Source: Candidatus Binatus sp.
GTDB taxonomy: Bacteria > Desulfobacterota > Binatia > Binatales > Binataceae
Assembly (NCBI GenBank): GCA_049590495.1
Contig: JBAWCX010000161.1
Span: 1 to 34,256, forward strand
DNA: 34,256 nucleotides
Direction of reading: 5' to 3'
Made by a program: the position numbers and the translations under genes. The notes below the pieces were generated by a model. It made no database searches, was not told the DNA's origin, and was given only the letters and a program-made list of their open reading frames with translations. Below, one piece after another: positions 1 to 8,804 of this stretch. The first letter of the stretch is position 1, and the number at the start of each line of letters is the position of its first letter.

Positions 1-2079
1 AAGTTGGTTGGCGCGAACCCTCACGCGAAGATCGAAGGCCTCGAGCAACTGCTGGGCAAGGCCAACTATTTCATCGGCAACGATCCGAAAAAATGGCACA
101 CAAACATCCCGACCTACGCTCGGATCCGCTATCGCGATGTTTATCCAGGGATCGACGTAGCTTACTACGGTACAGGTCAAGGCCAACTTGAATACGACTT
201 TATCGTCGCGCCGGGAACGGATCCGAAGGCGATCACCTTTCGTCTTGAAGGCGCGAAAAAGCTGCTGCTGAACGGCGAGAGCGATCTAGTTGCGACGCTC
301 CCGGATGGCGGCCAGCTCGTCCAGCATCTCCCCGCGATCTACCAGGAGCGCGATCGCAAGCGCGAGCAGCTCCAGGGGCGCGTCGTCATGCGTGGCAAGG
401 ATGCTATCGGCTTCGAGTTGGCGAAGTATGATCGCCATCGCGCGATCTACATCGATCCGGGCCTGGTATATTCGACCTACTTGGGCGGGAGCCGGATGGA
501 TATAGGCACGGGGATCGGGGTTGATTCCGAAGGGAACGCTTATGTGACGGGAACCGCTAATTCAGCCGACTTCCCCACCACCTCGGGCGCACTCCAGACC
601 TCCAGCAACGCTATTGCGAACGGCAACTTCACCGCCTTCGTGGCAAAATTAAATCCTTCGTCGTCCGGCGAAGCGTCGCTAGTATACTCAACCTACTTGG
701 GAGGGAGCACGGACGACCAGGGCATGGGCATCGCTGTTGACTCCTCCGGCGATGCTTACGTGACGGGAACGACCCAGTCGACCGACTTTCCAACCACGCC
801 GGGTGCGTTCCAAACCGTCAACAATGGCGCCGGGAGCACCTTCGTAACGAAACTGAATCCCACCGGCTCCTCGCTGCTGTATTCCACTTATTTGGGTGGA
901 TATGAGGGTGGCTTTATTATTTACGCATTAGGCCAGCAGCATGGCATCGCCGCGGACACCTCGGGCGACGCCTGTGTAACGGGCAGCACTCTGGCGATCT
1001 CCAACTCGAGTTGCGCCGGTGACGGGGTCCCCTTCGATTGCTGCACCGGGCCCGGAACCGGCACCTGCATCCCGTTTCCGACCACACCTGGAGCGTACCA
1101 GACGGTTAACAACGCCCCGGGAGGTATTAACGTCTTCATGGCAAAGCTGGATCCGTCCGCATCGGGACCGGCGTCGTTGCTCTATTCGACCTATCTGGGC
1201 GGGAGTGGGGGTGCCGGCGCTGGCGGCATCGCGGTCGATTCCGCCGGCAACGCTTATTTGACGGGAGTAGCTGGAGCTGACTTCCCCATTACTTCAGGCG
1301 CCTTCCAGACCGTGAGCAAGGGCGCGGCGGGCGCCGTCAACTCTTTCGTGGCGAAACTTAATCCGTCGGCGGCGGGCGCCGCATCGCTCGTCTATTCGAC
1401 CTATCTGGGCGGCAGCGGCATCAATTACCCTGGCATAGAAACTATCGGAGACAAGGGCGCTGGCATCGCGGTCGATTCCGCAGGGGTCGCTTATGTAACA
1501 GGCACTACTGTGTCTGTCTCCAACGCAAGTTGCGGCGGCAAAGGAGTTACCAGCTTTGGCTTGTACGAGGAGTGTTGTACCGGGCCGAGAACCGGCACCT
1601 GCATCCCGTTTCCCACCACCGCCGGCGTGTTCCAAGCCGTCAGCAATGGTCATAATGGCGCTCATCTTATCGGAATGCTAACCCAGGCGGGACCGGATGT
1701 GAAGCGCGGGCCTGCACTCACGGCCTACCTAGTTCCAATACAGACGGTCATAAATGACGTGAATCTTACCAACTTTGGACCGGTCACGACGTTGGCTGAG
1801 GCCGAAGAAGCGGTGGGCCCAGATCAAGCGACAATTGCCAAGCAGGAAGCCCAAATGAACGAGGCCATCGCTAACCATCCGGAGGTCCTGAAGATACCGC
1901 ACGTCCTTGGCATGAGCGCGACAGGTACGTTCGACAAACACAACGGGTACACTGGTCCAGAAATTGCCGTCATCGTGGATAAGAAGGAGAACGTTGAAAC
2001 GGTCAAGAAAGCGCTACCGGAAAAGCTGGACGGGTTCCCGGTCCTCGTCAAGCCATTGGACTGGGCAGTTGATATGTAG
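1..2079 (+). CDS. SBBP (beta-propeller) repeat protein, 5'-partial (open to window edge)
   Basis: ORF 4..2079 has no stop back to base 1. It carries at least 7 copies of a ~50-aa unit YSTYLGGS..D.G.GIAVDS.GNAYVTG.T.S.DFPTT.GAFQ, typical of SBBP repeats. Two repeats carry a Cys-rich insert (C..CC..C). Confidence 0.8.
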   Translation, partial: KLVGANPHAKIEGLEQLLGKANYFIGNDPKKWHTNIPTYARIRYRDVYPGIDVAYYGTGQGQLEYDFIVAPGTDPKAITFRLEGAKKLLLNGESDLVATLPDGGQLVQHLPAIYQERDRKREQLQGRVVMRGKDAIGFELAKYDRHRAIYIDPGLVYSTYLGGSRMDIGTGIGVDSEGNAYVTGTANSADFPTTSGALQTSSNAIANGNFTAFVAKLNPSSSGEASLVYSTYLGGSTDDQGMGIAVDSSGDAYVTGTTQSTDFPTTPGAFQTVNNGAGSTFVTKLNPTGSSLLYSTYLGGYEGGFIIYALGQQHGIAADTSGDACVTGSTLAISNSSCAGDGVPFDCCTGPGTGTCIPFPTTPGAYQTVNNAPGGINVFMAKLDPSASGPASLLYSTYLGGSGGAGAGGIAVDSAGNAYLTGVAGADFPITSGAFQTVSKGAAGAVNSFVAKLNPSAAGAASLVYSTYLGGSGINYPGIETIGDKGAGIAVDSAGVAYVTGTTVSVSNASCGGKGVTSFGLYEECCTGPRTGTCIPFPTTAGVFQAVSNGHNGAHLIGMLTQAGPDVKRGPALTAYLVPIQTVINDVNLTNFGPVTTLAEAEEAVGPDQATIAKQEAQMNEAIANHPEVLKIPHVLGMSATGTFDKHNGYTGPEIAVIVDKKENVETVKKALPEKLDGFPVLVKPLDWAVDM

Positions 2080-2419
2080 CTAGTTTCCTGTGCCTGAAGG
2101 CGCGCATCGCGTGAAGCACGCTTATTGTCAAATTGCCGTGCGGGCGGCTTGAAACCGCTATGGATACCATCAAGCCGCGGAAGGACGGCAGGAAGAACTC
2201 GGGTCTCCGGATCGAAGTGCGGGTTTTGGAGCGTGCTGGCTTGATTCGACGCTGTCGAGCGTCACCCAAAGCATAGGCGCCACAGGCGGTTTCATCACCG
2301 GCAGAAGCGGCGCAGCCGGCATAAGCATAAGAAAGATGAGTACCCCGCGGATTCACGGATTTCGTAGAGAGGAGATTTTCAACCGCTGTAATCAGCAGTT
2401 TTCACGTGGGAGCTTCGGA

Positions 2420-3985
2420 ATGAGAATCAGTCGAGTCTTCTTGCTTGCCGCATTAATGATGTGGCCGTCGCCGAAGGCGCGGGCGCAATCGACTGAGATT
2501 GTGCGCCTGCCATTAGCGGGACTTATCGGGAAAATACCCAAACTTGGCTCCATTACGTCATCTCCGTTGCCGCCGTCCAACGGAACAACTACTCAAGCAA
2601 TCCTCGGCGATGGAACACCCGTAGAGATCCGCCACGTGTCGTGGCCCCCTCCTTTGCACGTTATTTCGATGAAGCTGATCGCCCCAGGAGTCGGCTGGGC
2701 ACTCGCAAGTCGTCACCTCTTTTGGACGACTGACAATGGCGCCAACTTGAAGGACATAACACCCCCCAGCAACACTTTCTCCGACGAGCATATATGCGAC
2801 GTATTCTTTCTCGACACTTATCATGTTTGGGTGTTGCTCGCTCAGGGGACTAAAACCGGACCTAAATTCGACGTCGTCTACAGCGCAGACGCAGGAGCGA
2901 CCTGGTCGCGGATGCATGTCAAGCGGGCCGAAGACTACGGGAATCTCTCGCCTGAGGGTCGGATTGCTTTTTCAGATAGCCATCACGGTTGGATGGTTCT
3001 GAACTTAAACACTTCTTCGGCCTTTCATGCAGGCACGCTATTTTTGACATCGGATGGCGGTCGAACTTGGCGGGATTCACCGACCGATCCATCCGGGCAG
3101 GGTCCCATTCTTCCGGTCACTGCGGAGGAAGGTTGGATGGCTGGCGGCGGCGATGATGAAGACCTGCATGTTACATGGGACGGTGCGAAGACGTGGCAGA
3201 CAGTCGCTCTGCCTGCTCCCAAAGAGATAGACCCATCGATTTATCCGACTTCCGATGTGCCCGTATTCGAGGACAACAAGCACGGCTTTGTGGCAGTAAC
3301 TTATACGGGAGGCCACCAATCTGCCGCTGTACTTTTTGCAACCAACGACGGCGGCCGGAGTTGGACGCCGGATCGGATCTTGACGAACCTGGAAGAGGCA
3401 GCTCCAGGCGAGAGATTGCCGTCCGCTGTGGCAGACTCTACCTGGATTACAGCCAGAATCACCAACCGCAAACCCACAGTGAGTGCTATCGGGCCGGGTG
3501 CGAGGTTGCATGCGACTCTCGACCCCGCATCACTTCAATCGGGTTACTTCTCAGTTGATCAACTGAGCTTCGGTAGCGCGACGCAGGGTTGGATTGTAGT
3601 TGGCGATGGCGACTTGCTCTCTACAACGGACGGCGGCGCAACTTGGACCGACATCACTCCCGGACGGAAGTCGGAAGCATTGTTGCCACAACACACCGAG
3701 GCGCGTCACTCGATGAGTGTGATCGCAGCCAAACCGGCTCCGGTAGCGAGCGCGCCTACGGCGTCGTTCGCTCTTAGCTACAGCCAGAGTTTGGGATTGG
3801 ACAAGGGATCCGTCAGCTCGTCCATCCGGATGCTGGAATGGTGGATCTATAGTCCATACTACGATGTAGGATTCTACCCGAACGGATCTGTCAATCGTAA
3901 CCATGATCCGGTCCTGGATTCCACTTGGGTTGCGAAGTGGATTATTACTCGCAGCGTCCTGTACGGCAAACGCTCTTATAAATGA
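2420..3985 (+). CDS. secreted BNR/Asp-box repeat protein (Ycf48/sialidase-like fold) with truncated C-terminal extension
   Basis: Internal ATG at 2420 gives a signal-peptide-like N-terminus, MRISRVFLLAALMMWPSPKARA. Asp-box motifs are SADAGATW, TSDGGRTW, TWDGAKTW, TNDGGRSW and TTDGGATW. The last ~60 aa (MLEWWIYSPYYDVGFYPNG..WVAKW) look like the start of a DUF1906/glycoside-hydrolase-like domain that stops early. Confidence 0.7.
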   Translation: MRISRVFLLAALMMWPSPKARAQSTEIVRLPLAGLIGKIPKLGSITSSPLPPSNGTTTQAILGDGTPVEIRHVSWPPPLHVISMKLIAPGVGWALASRHLFWTTDNGANLKDITPPSNTFSDEHICDVFFLDTYHVWVLLAQGTKTGPKFDVVYSADAGATWSRMHVKRAEDYGNLSPEGRIAFSDSHHGWMVLNLNTSSAFHAGTLFLTSDGGRTWRDSPTDPSGQGPILPVTAEEGWMAGGGDDEDLHVTWDGAKTWQTVALPAPKEIDPSIYPTSDVPVFEDNKHGFVAVTYTGGHQSAAVLFATNDGGRSWTPDRILTNLEEAAPGERLPSAVADSTWITARITNRKPTVSAIGPGARLHATLDPASLQSGYFSVDQLSFGSATQGWIVVGDGDLLSTTDGGATWTDITPGRKSEALLPQHTEARHSMSVIAAKPAPVASAPTASFALSYSQSLGLDKGSVSSSIRMLEWWIYSPYYDVGFYPNGSVNRNHDPVLDSTWVAKWIITRSVLYGKRSYK

Positions 3986-4097
3986 AGGAGATTCCGGCGA
4001 ACTTCTGGCGACTATCCATCGACCTAGCAAAATCGCGCCCGGATAGGTTTTCGCCCGATTCTGCCGATTTACGCCGACCAACGCGCTCTCTGGGTCC

Positions 4098-4120
4098 GCG
4101 CGCGATTGCAAATCGCGCGC
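4098..4120. terminator. perfect 10-bp inverted repeat (GCGCGCGATT gca AATCGCGCGC), possible bidirectional terminator
   Basis: The hairpin was read directly. It lies between the end of the + strand CDS (3985) and the 3' end of minus-strand tRNA-Ala (4175). There is no clean U-tract. Confidence 0.3.
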
Positions 4121-4174
4121 ACACGCGGGCTTTTCGAGCAATTCTCCGAGGTGTCTGAGAATCGAGAGACTGAA

Positions 4175-4250
4175 TGGTGGAGCAGAAGGGAGTTGAACCC
4201 TCGACCCCTACGTTGCGAACGTAGTGCTCTCCCAACTGAGCTACTGCCCC
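4175..4250 (-). tRNA. tRNA-Ala (anticodon CGC), CCA encoded
   Basis: The reverse complement GGGGCAGTAGCTCAGTTGGGAGAGCACTACGTTCGCAACGTAGGGGTCGAGGGTTCAACTCCCTTCTGCTCCACCA folds as a cloverleaf. It has the G3:U70 Ala identity pair, anticodon loop TTCGCAA and T-loop GGTTCAACTCC. Confidence 0.95.
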
Positions 4251-4257
4251 ACCGGCA

Positions 4258-5124
4258 TTATTCTGAGATAACCGACTTCAGGTAGGCTCGCAACCTGTCG
4301 GCCAGGTCGGCGCGTTTCAAGCCGAAGCCGATTTGCGCCGAGATGAACCCCACGCGATCGCCCAAATCATAGCGGACGCCCTCGAACTCGTAGCCGTAAA
4401 TCTTGCGGCGCGCGGTCAGCGCCATCAGCGCGTCGGTCAACTGAATCTCGCCGCCAGCGCCCGGCTTGCCCGCGGCGAGCAATTCGAAAATGTCGGGCGT
4501 CAGCACGTAGCGTCCCATGATTGCGAATTCGCTGGGCGCTTTTTCAGGCGCCGGCTTCTCGACCATCCCGCGAAGTTCGTAAGTGCGGTCGCCCACGGCT
4601 TTCGCATCGACGATGCCGTACTTCGAGATCTCGCTGCGCGCGACCTTGAGCAGCGCGACCACCGGCGCGTCGCGCGTCTCGGCTACGTCGAGGAGCTGGC
4701 GCAGGCACGGCCGCGGGCAATCGAAGATGTCGTCGGGGAGCATCACGGCGAACGGCTCATCGCCGGCCGCTGCGCGCGCTTGCAGCACCGCGTGGCCGAG
4801 GCCGAGCGGCTGCGGCTGTTCGGCGATCGTAATCCGCGCGGGATTGTTGCTGCGCCGGACGAGCTCGAGGATCTCGCGTTTGCCGCGCTCTTCAAGATGA
4901 CGCTCGAGCTCCGCATTCGGCTCGAAGTGATCGACGACGGTGGTCTTGCCGGGGCTGACGACGAGAATTATCTCAGTGACGCCCGACGCGACCGCCTCTT
5001 CCACGACCACCTGGATAGCCGGCGTGTCCACGACCGGCAAAATTTCCTTGGGAATCACTTTCGACGACGGGAGCATCCGCGTGCCCATCCCGGCCGCGAG
5101 AATGACCGCTTTTCTAACTTTCAT
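4258..5124 (-). CDS. galU: UTP--glucose-1-phosphate uridylyltransferase
   Basis: Taken from internal ATG 5124 of ORF 4258..5532. MKVRKAVILAAGMGTRMLPSSKVIPKEILPVVDTPAIQVVVEEA is the GalU N-terminal signature. The longer N-terminal extension overlaps the dksA-like gene and is Arg-rich junk. Confidence 0.9.
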   Translation of the reverse strand: MKVRKAVILAAGMGTRMLPSSKVIPKEILPVVDTPAIQVVVEEAVASGVTEIILVVSPGKTTVVDHFEPNAELERHLEERGKREILELVRRSNNPARITIAEQPQPLGLGHAVLQARAAAGDEPFAVMLPDDIFDCPRPCLRQLLDVAETRDAPVVALLKVARSEISKYGIVDAKAVGDRTYELRGMVEKPAPEKAPSEFAIMGRYVLTPDIFELLAAGKPGAGGEIQLTDALMALTARRKIYGYEFEGVRYDLGDRVGFISAQIGFGLKRADLADRLRAYLKSVISE

Positions 5125-5162
5125 AGCAGCGCGATTTTCCGGTGGTTGGGGGGGAGGAGTGC

Positions 5163-5540
5163 TCAGATCTTCGCCTCGCGCGCTTCCTGTGCGGATTTGC
5201 ATGCGATGCAAAGCGTGGTGACGGGGCGCGCCTTCAGCCGCTCGATGCCGATGTCGCCGCCGCATTCCTCGCATTGCCCGTACGAGCCGTCTTCGATTCG
5301 CGCGACTGCCTCGCCGATTTTGCTGAGCAGCTTGCGCTCGCGATCGCGCATCCGCAGCAGGAAATTGCGATCCGATTCGAGCGCGGCGCGATCGGTCGGG
5401 TCGGCGTAGGCCTCTTCCGACTCGTTGTTCATGGTGCCGACCGCGCGCTCCGATTCCTGGAGAATGTCGCGTTTGCGGCCTTCGAGCAATTTTCGGAAGA
5501 GCTTGAGGTCTCTTTGCCTCACGGTTGAACAATCCGTCAC
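5163..5540 (-). CDS. DksA/TraR family C4-type zinc-finger protein
   Basis: 125 aa with a coiled-coil-like N-terminal part and CEECGGDIGIERLKARPVTTLCIACK (CxxC-17-CxxC). Confidence 0.85.
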   Translation of the reverse strand: MTDCSTVRQRDLKLFRKLLEGRKRDILQESERAVGTMNNESEEAYADPTDRAALESDRNFLLRMRDRERKLLSKIGEAVARIEDGSYGQCEECGGDIGIERLKARPVTTLCIACKSAQEAREAKI

Positions 5541-5592
5541 GAGCCGAGTTTTTGATTCTATAGACGCCCTGCTACCATGTAAAGATTGCGCG

Positions 5593-6774
5593 ATGAAAAC
5601 CGTCTACCTCGATGCGTTCTCCGGCCTCAGCGGCGACATGATCGTCGGCGCAATCCTTGATTGCGGTGCTGATTTCGGCGAATTCGAGCGCGCGATCAAG
5701 TCGATGCCGCTGGCGGGCTATCGGCTCTCGACGCGGCGCAAAACGCTAAGCGGCATTTCGGCGCTCAAGTTCGACGTCGAGGTGACCGAGCCGCAACCCC
5801 AGCGTCACTTCGGCGAGATTCGCGCGCTGATCGATTCGTCTCGGCTCTCGACGACGATGAAGAAGCGTGCAATTTCGATCTTCGAGGTGCTCGCGCAGGC
5901 CGAAGCGAAAATTCACAATACGACGCCCGACCGCGTTCATTTTCACGAAGTCGGCGCGGTCGATTCGATCATCGATATTGCCGGTACGGCCTGGGGACTC
6001 GAGCATCTCGGCGTCGGCGACGTGATCGTGTCGCCGCTGCCGATGGGCAACGGCTTCGCGCGCTCGCAGCACGGCGTCATTCCCGTGCCGGCGCCGGCGA
6101 CGGTCGAGTTGCTTTCGGGATTCCCGCTGAAAATTGGCGACGGCGCGCACGAGATGGTTACGCCGACCGGCGCCGCTGTGCTCCGCGCGCTGGCCCGTCC
6201 CGCGGAAATCCCGCTCAACTTCGAAGTCGAGAAAATCGGCTACGGCGCGGGTGCGCGTGAGCTGGAAGATCGGCCCAACGTGCTGCGGCTGATGCTTGGG
6301 CGCGAGCGCGCGGCGTTCGACAACGACGAGATGATCGAAATCTCCGCGAATATCGACGACCTTAGTCCGCAGATTTACGACCACGTCATGCGTCGGCTGT
6401 TCGAGGCGGGTGCGCGCGACGTGACGCTAACGCCTACGATGATGAAGAAGAGCCGTCCAGCGGTGACGCTGGGCGTGATTGCCGAAGCTGCGCTACGCGA
6501 CACGATAGCCGAGATTATCTTTGCCGAGACCTCGACGATCGGTTTGCGGTTTCATGCGGTCGGGCGGCTGAAATTGTATCGCGAGATTCACGAAGTCGAG
6601 ACGCGATGGGGCAAAGTCCGCGTCAAAATATCGCGCGCGCATGGCCGCGAGCCGGCTACGATTTCGCCGGAGTACGATGACTGCCGGCGAATCGCCGCGG
6701 AACACAAAGTGGCGCTCCGCGTCGTCATAGAAGAAGCGCGCGACGCCGCACGAACGTTAGCATCGCTCTCCTGA
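5593..6774 (+). CDS. larC: nickel-pincer cofactor biosynthesis protein LarC (DUF111 family)
   Basis: Taken from internal ATG 5593. MKTVYLDAFSGLSGDMIVGAILDCGAD matches the LarC/DUF111 N-terminal signature. The product is 393 aa. Confidence 0.85.
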   Translation: MKTVYLDAFSGLSGDMIVGAILDCGADFGEFERAIKSMPLAGYRLSTRRKTLSGISALKFDVEVTEPQPQRHFGEIRALIDSSRLSTTMKKRAISIFEVLAQAEAKIHNTTPDRVHFHEVGAVDSIIDIAGTAWGLEHLGVGDVIVSPLPMGNGFARSQHGVIPVPAPATVELLSGFPLKIGDGAHEMVTPTGAAVLRALARPAEIPLNFEVEKIGYGAGARELEDRPNVLRLMLGRERAAFDNDEMIEISANIDDLSPQIYDHVMRRLFEAGARDVTLTPTMMKKSRPAVTLGVIAEAALRDTIAEIIFAETSTIGLRFHAVGRLKLYREIHEVETRWGKVRVKISRAHGREPATISPEYDDCRRIAAEHKVALRVVIEEARDAARTLASLS

Positions 6775-6779
6775 AAAGA

Positions 6780-7433
6780 ATGACTTCCGAACGCCTGCAT
6801 ATCAACGAAATTTTCTACAGCATCCAGGGCGAATCCACGCACGCGGGCCGTCCATGCGTGTTCGTGCGGCTCACCGGATGCAACCTGCGATGCAAATGGT
6901 GCGACACCGAGTACGCATTCTATGAAGGCCGGCGGATGCCGATTGCGGAAGTCGCCGAAATAATTCGCGGCTACCGATGCGACCTGCTCGAAGTGACCGG
7001 CGGCGAGCCGCTGCTGCAGGAAGGCGTGTATCCGCTGACTCGCGAGATGCTCGAATCAGGCCACACCGTGATGATCGAGACGTCGGGTGCTGCGGACGTA
7101 AGCAAGCTCGACCCGCGCGTCATCAAGATCATGGACCTCAAGTGTCCGGGCAGCGGCGAATGCGAACGAAATCTCTGGAGCAACCTCGACCATCTGACGA
7201 TGCGCGACGAGATCAAGTTCGTCGTCGCGGATCGCGCGGACTACGAATGGGCCAGGGACGCGATCGTTACGCGCGGCCTGGCGACGCGCGCGGGCGCGTT
7301 GTTGCTGAGCCCGGTGTTCGGACAACTGGAGCCGGCCGCGCTCGCGTCGTGGATACTCGAGGATCGATTGCCGGCGCGGATGCAATTGCAGATGCATAAG
7401 CAGATCTGGCCAAGCATCTCCCGCGGGGTGTGA
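6780..7433 (+). CDS. queE: 7-carboxy-7-deazaguanine synthase (radical SAM)
   Basis: INEIFYSIQGESTHAGRPCVFVRLTGCNLRCKWCDTEYAF is the QueE signature with the CxxxCxxC-type radical SAM cluster motif. Confidence 0.9.
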   Translation: MTSERLHINEIFYSIQGESTHAGRPCVFVRLTGCNLRCKWCDTEYAFYEGRRMPIAEVAEIIRGYRCDLLEVTGGEPLLQEGVYPLTREMLESGHTVMIETSGAADVSKLDPRVIKIMDLKCPGSGECERNLWSNLDHLTMRDEIKFVVADRADYEWARDAIVTRGLATRAGALLLSPVFGQLEPAALASWILEDRLPARMQLQMHKQIWPSISRGV

Positions 7434-7468
7434 TCGCACGCACGCACGCAGAGGCAGAATCCTGAATC

Positions 7469-7534
7469 GCGCGCGAGAAACACGCGCGCTGGATAAGGAC
7501 CCTCACCTTGATCCTCTCCCTCGCAGGGAGAGGA
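7469..7534. terminator. two GC-rich hairpins between convergent queE and the NMO gene
   Basis: First hairpin: 7469-7475 GCGCGCG pairs with 7483-7489 CGCGCGC. Second hairpin: 7512-7521 TCCTCTCCCT, loop cgc, 7525-7534 AGGGAGAGGA, a perfect 10 bp. Neither has a U-tract. Confidence 0.4.
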
Positions 7535-7539
7535 GAGAC

Positions 7540-8541
7540 CTAGCGAGTCGGCGCCGCTGAATGCTGCCTTGCTGGATCGCCCGTCATCAAGAGCTGGGCT
7601 CTTTGGAGAGCCGCCTCCGTCTCGCGCAGCAAATCCGCGAACACTTCGGCCGCCGGCTTGATCTCGTGAATCAGTCCCGCGCCCTGTCCGGTCGGCATGA
7701 AGGTGCGATTCGGATCGACGTCGGCGCCGCCGCGTCCCGTGTAGTTCATGACGCCGTTGCGCGACGAAGTCATCGCCTGCTGCGGGAACGGCTGAATCTT
7801 CGACGGATCCTTCTCCCACTCGAGCGCGTACTCGGTGCGGATAACGCGGCAGGTCTTGCCGGTGTACGCGCGCGTGCGCAAAGTGGAATCCTCGTGCGCC
7901 CTTACGATCGCGTCGCGATAGCCGGGCGCCGCCTGCGCCTCGGGCGTCGCGATAAAGCGCGTGCCGATCACGACGCCCTGAGCGCCGACCGTCAGCGCTG
8001 CCGCGATCTGCCGACCGTCGGCGATTCCGCCCGCGGCCAGCACTGGCAGCTTCACCGCGTCGATCATCTGCGGTACTAGCGAGAGCATCCCGATCTCGCC
8101 GGTATGCCCGCCCGCCTCGGTGCCTTGCGCGACGACCACGTCGGCGCCGGCCTCCTCCGACTTGACGCCGTGATGCACCTTGCCGCACATCACGACGATT
8201 TTCATTCCGTTGTCGTGCATCACCTTGACGAATTCCTGGGGCACCGAGAGGCCGGCGACGAACACCTTGATTTTTTCCTCGATCATCACGGGCACGTGCG
8301 GGCGCATCATGTCGGGAATCGGCGCGAGCAAATCGACGGCGAATGGCTTGTCGGTCAGCTCGCGAGTCATCCGGATTTCCTCGCGCAGAGCCTCGGGGCT
8401 AAGCGACGCGGCGCCAATCACGCCAAGTCCGCCGGCGTTGGAGACCGCGGCGACGAGCTTGTGCATCGAGACGCCACCCATCCCGGCGAGCAGAATCGGA
8501 TACTTGATTCCAAAGTAATCGCAAATCGGTGTATGCAGCAT
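7540..8541 (-). CDS. nitronate monooxygenase / FabK-like FMN oxidoreductase
   Basis: YPILLAGMGGVSMHKLVAAVSNAGGLGVIGAA and the later GGIADGRQIAAAL are typical of the NMO (2-nitropropane dioxygenase) family. Confidence 0.85.
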   Translation of the reverse strand: MLHTPICDYFGIKYPILLAGMGGVSMHKLVAAVSNAGGLGVIGAASLSPEALREEIRMTRELTDKPFAVDLLAPIPDMMRPHVPVMIEEKIKVFVAGLSVPQEFVKVMHDNGMKIVVMCGKVHHGVKSEEAGADVVVAQGTEAGGHTGEIGMLSLVPQMIDAVKLPVLAAGGIADGRQIAAALTVGAQGVVIGTRFIATPEAQAAPGYRDAIVRAHEDSTLRTRAYTGKTCRVIRTEYALEWEKDPSKIQPFPQQAMTSSRNGVMNYTGRGGADVDPNRTFMPTGQGAGLIHEIKPAAEVFADLLRETEAALQRAQLLMTGDPARQHSAAPTR

Positions 8542-8669
8542 CGAGACGTTCTCCAGTAGTGAGCCGTCTGTGCGACTGGCTCCTGACTTCTTTAATCAAC
8601 CCAATGCGGCGCAATCAAGTGCGTCTGTGGCCCCGCGCGTTTAGGTGATGCATAATCGCGTTCGCGCGC

Positions 8670-8761
8670 GGAGAGGTGGCCGAGCCCGGTTTAAGGCGCA
8701 CGCCTGGAACGCGTGTAGACTCGAAAGGGTCTCGGGGGTTCGAATCCCCCCCTCTCCGCCA
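8670..8761 (+). tRNA. tRNA-Ser (anticodon GGA), long variable arm, CCA encoded
   Basis: GGAGAGGTGGCCGAGCCCGGTTTAAGGCGCACGCCTGGAACGCGTGTAGACTCGAAAGGGTCTCGGGGGTTCGAATCCCCCCCTCTCCGCCA. It has a 7-bp acceptor stem, anticodon loop CTGGAAC, a long extra arm and T-loop GGTTCGAATCC. Confidence 0.95.
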
Positions 8762-8764
8762 GCC

Positions 8765-8804
8765 AGTCCACGATTTTCGCGTTCTCCGCAGAAGAATCGA
8801 AAAT
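8765..8804 (+). repeat. 40-nt hairpin-containing element immediately 3' of tRNA-Ser (copy 1 of 2)
   Basis: AGTCCACGATTTTCGCGTTCTCCGCAGAAGAATCGAAAAT matches 26195..26234 at 31/40 ungapped. ATTTTCG/CGAAAAT can pair. A looser relative sits next to tRNA-Ala at about 4131-4168. Confidence 0.6.

Noticed and set aside
4333-5409. Long ORFs antisense to recognisable genes (for example 4333..5409, 7241..8188, 11322..12725, 15191..16030 and 33448..34071).
   Set aside because: The opposite strand encodes proteins with clear family signatures (GalU, NMO, cyclase, kinase, transposase). These ORFs are Arg/Ala/Gly-rich with no motifs, the usual artefact of high-GC DNA.
8735-8761. A direct repeat of the tRNA-Ser 3' end elsewhere in the window, the classical att duplication of an integrative element.
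   Set aside because: Scanning by eye for GGTTCGAATCC and CCTCTCCGCCA found no second copy. Only the sequence just downstream of the tRNA is repeated, which is reported separately with low-to-moderate interest.
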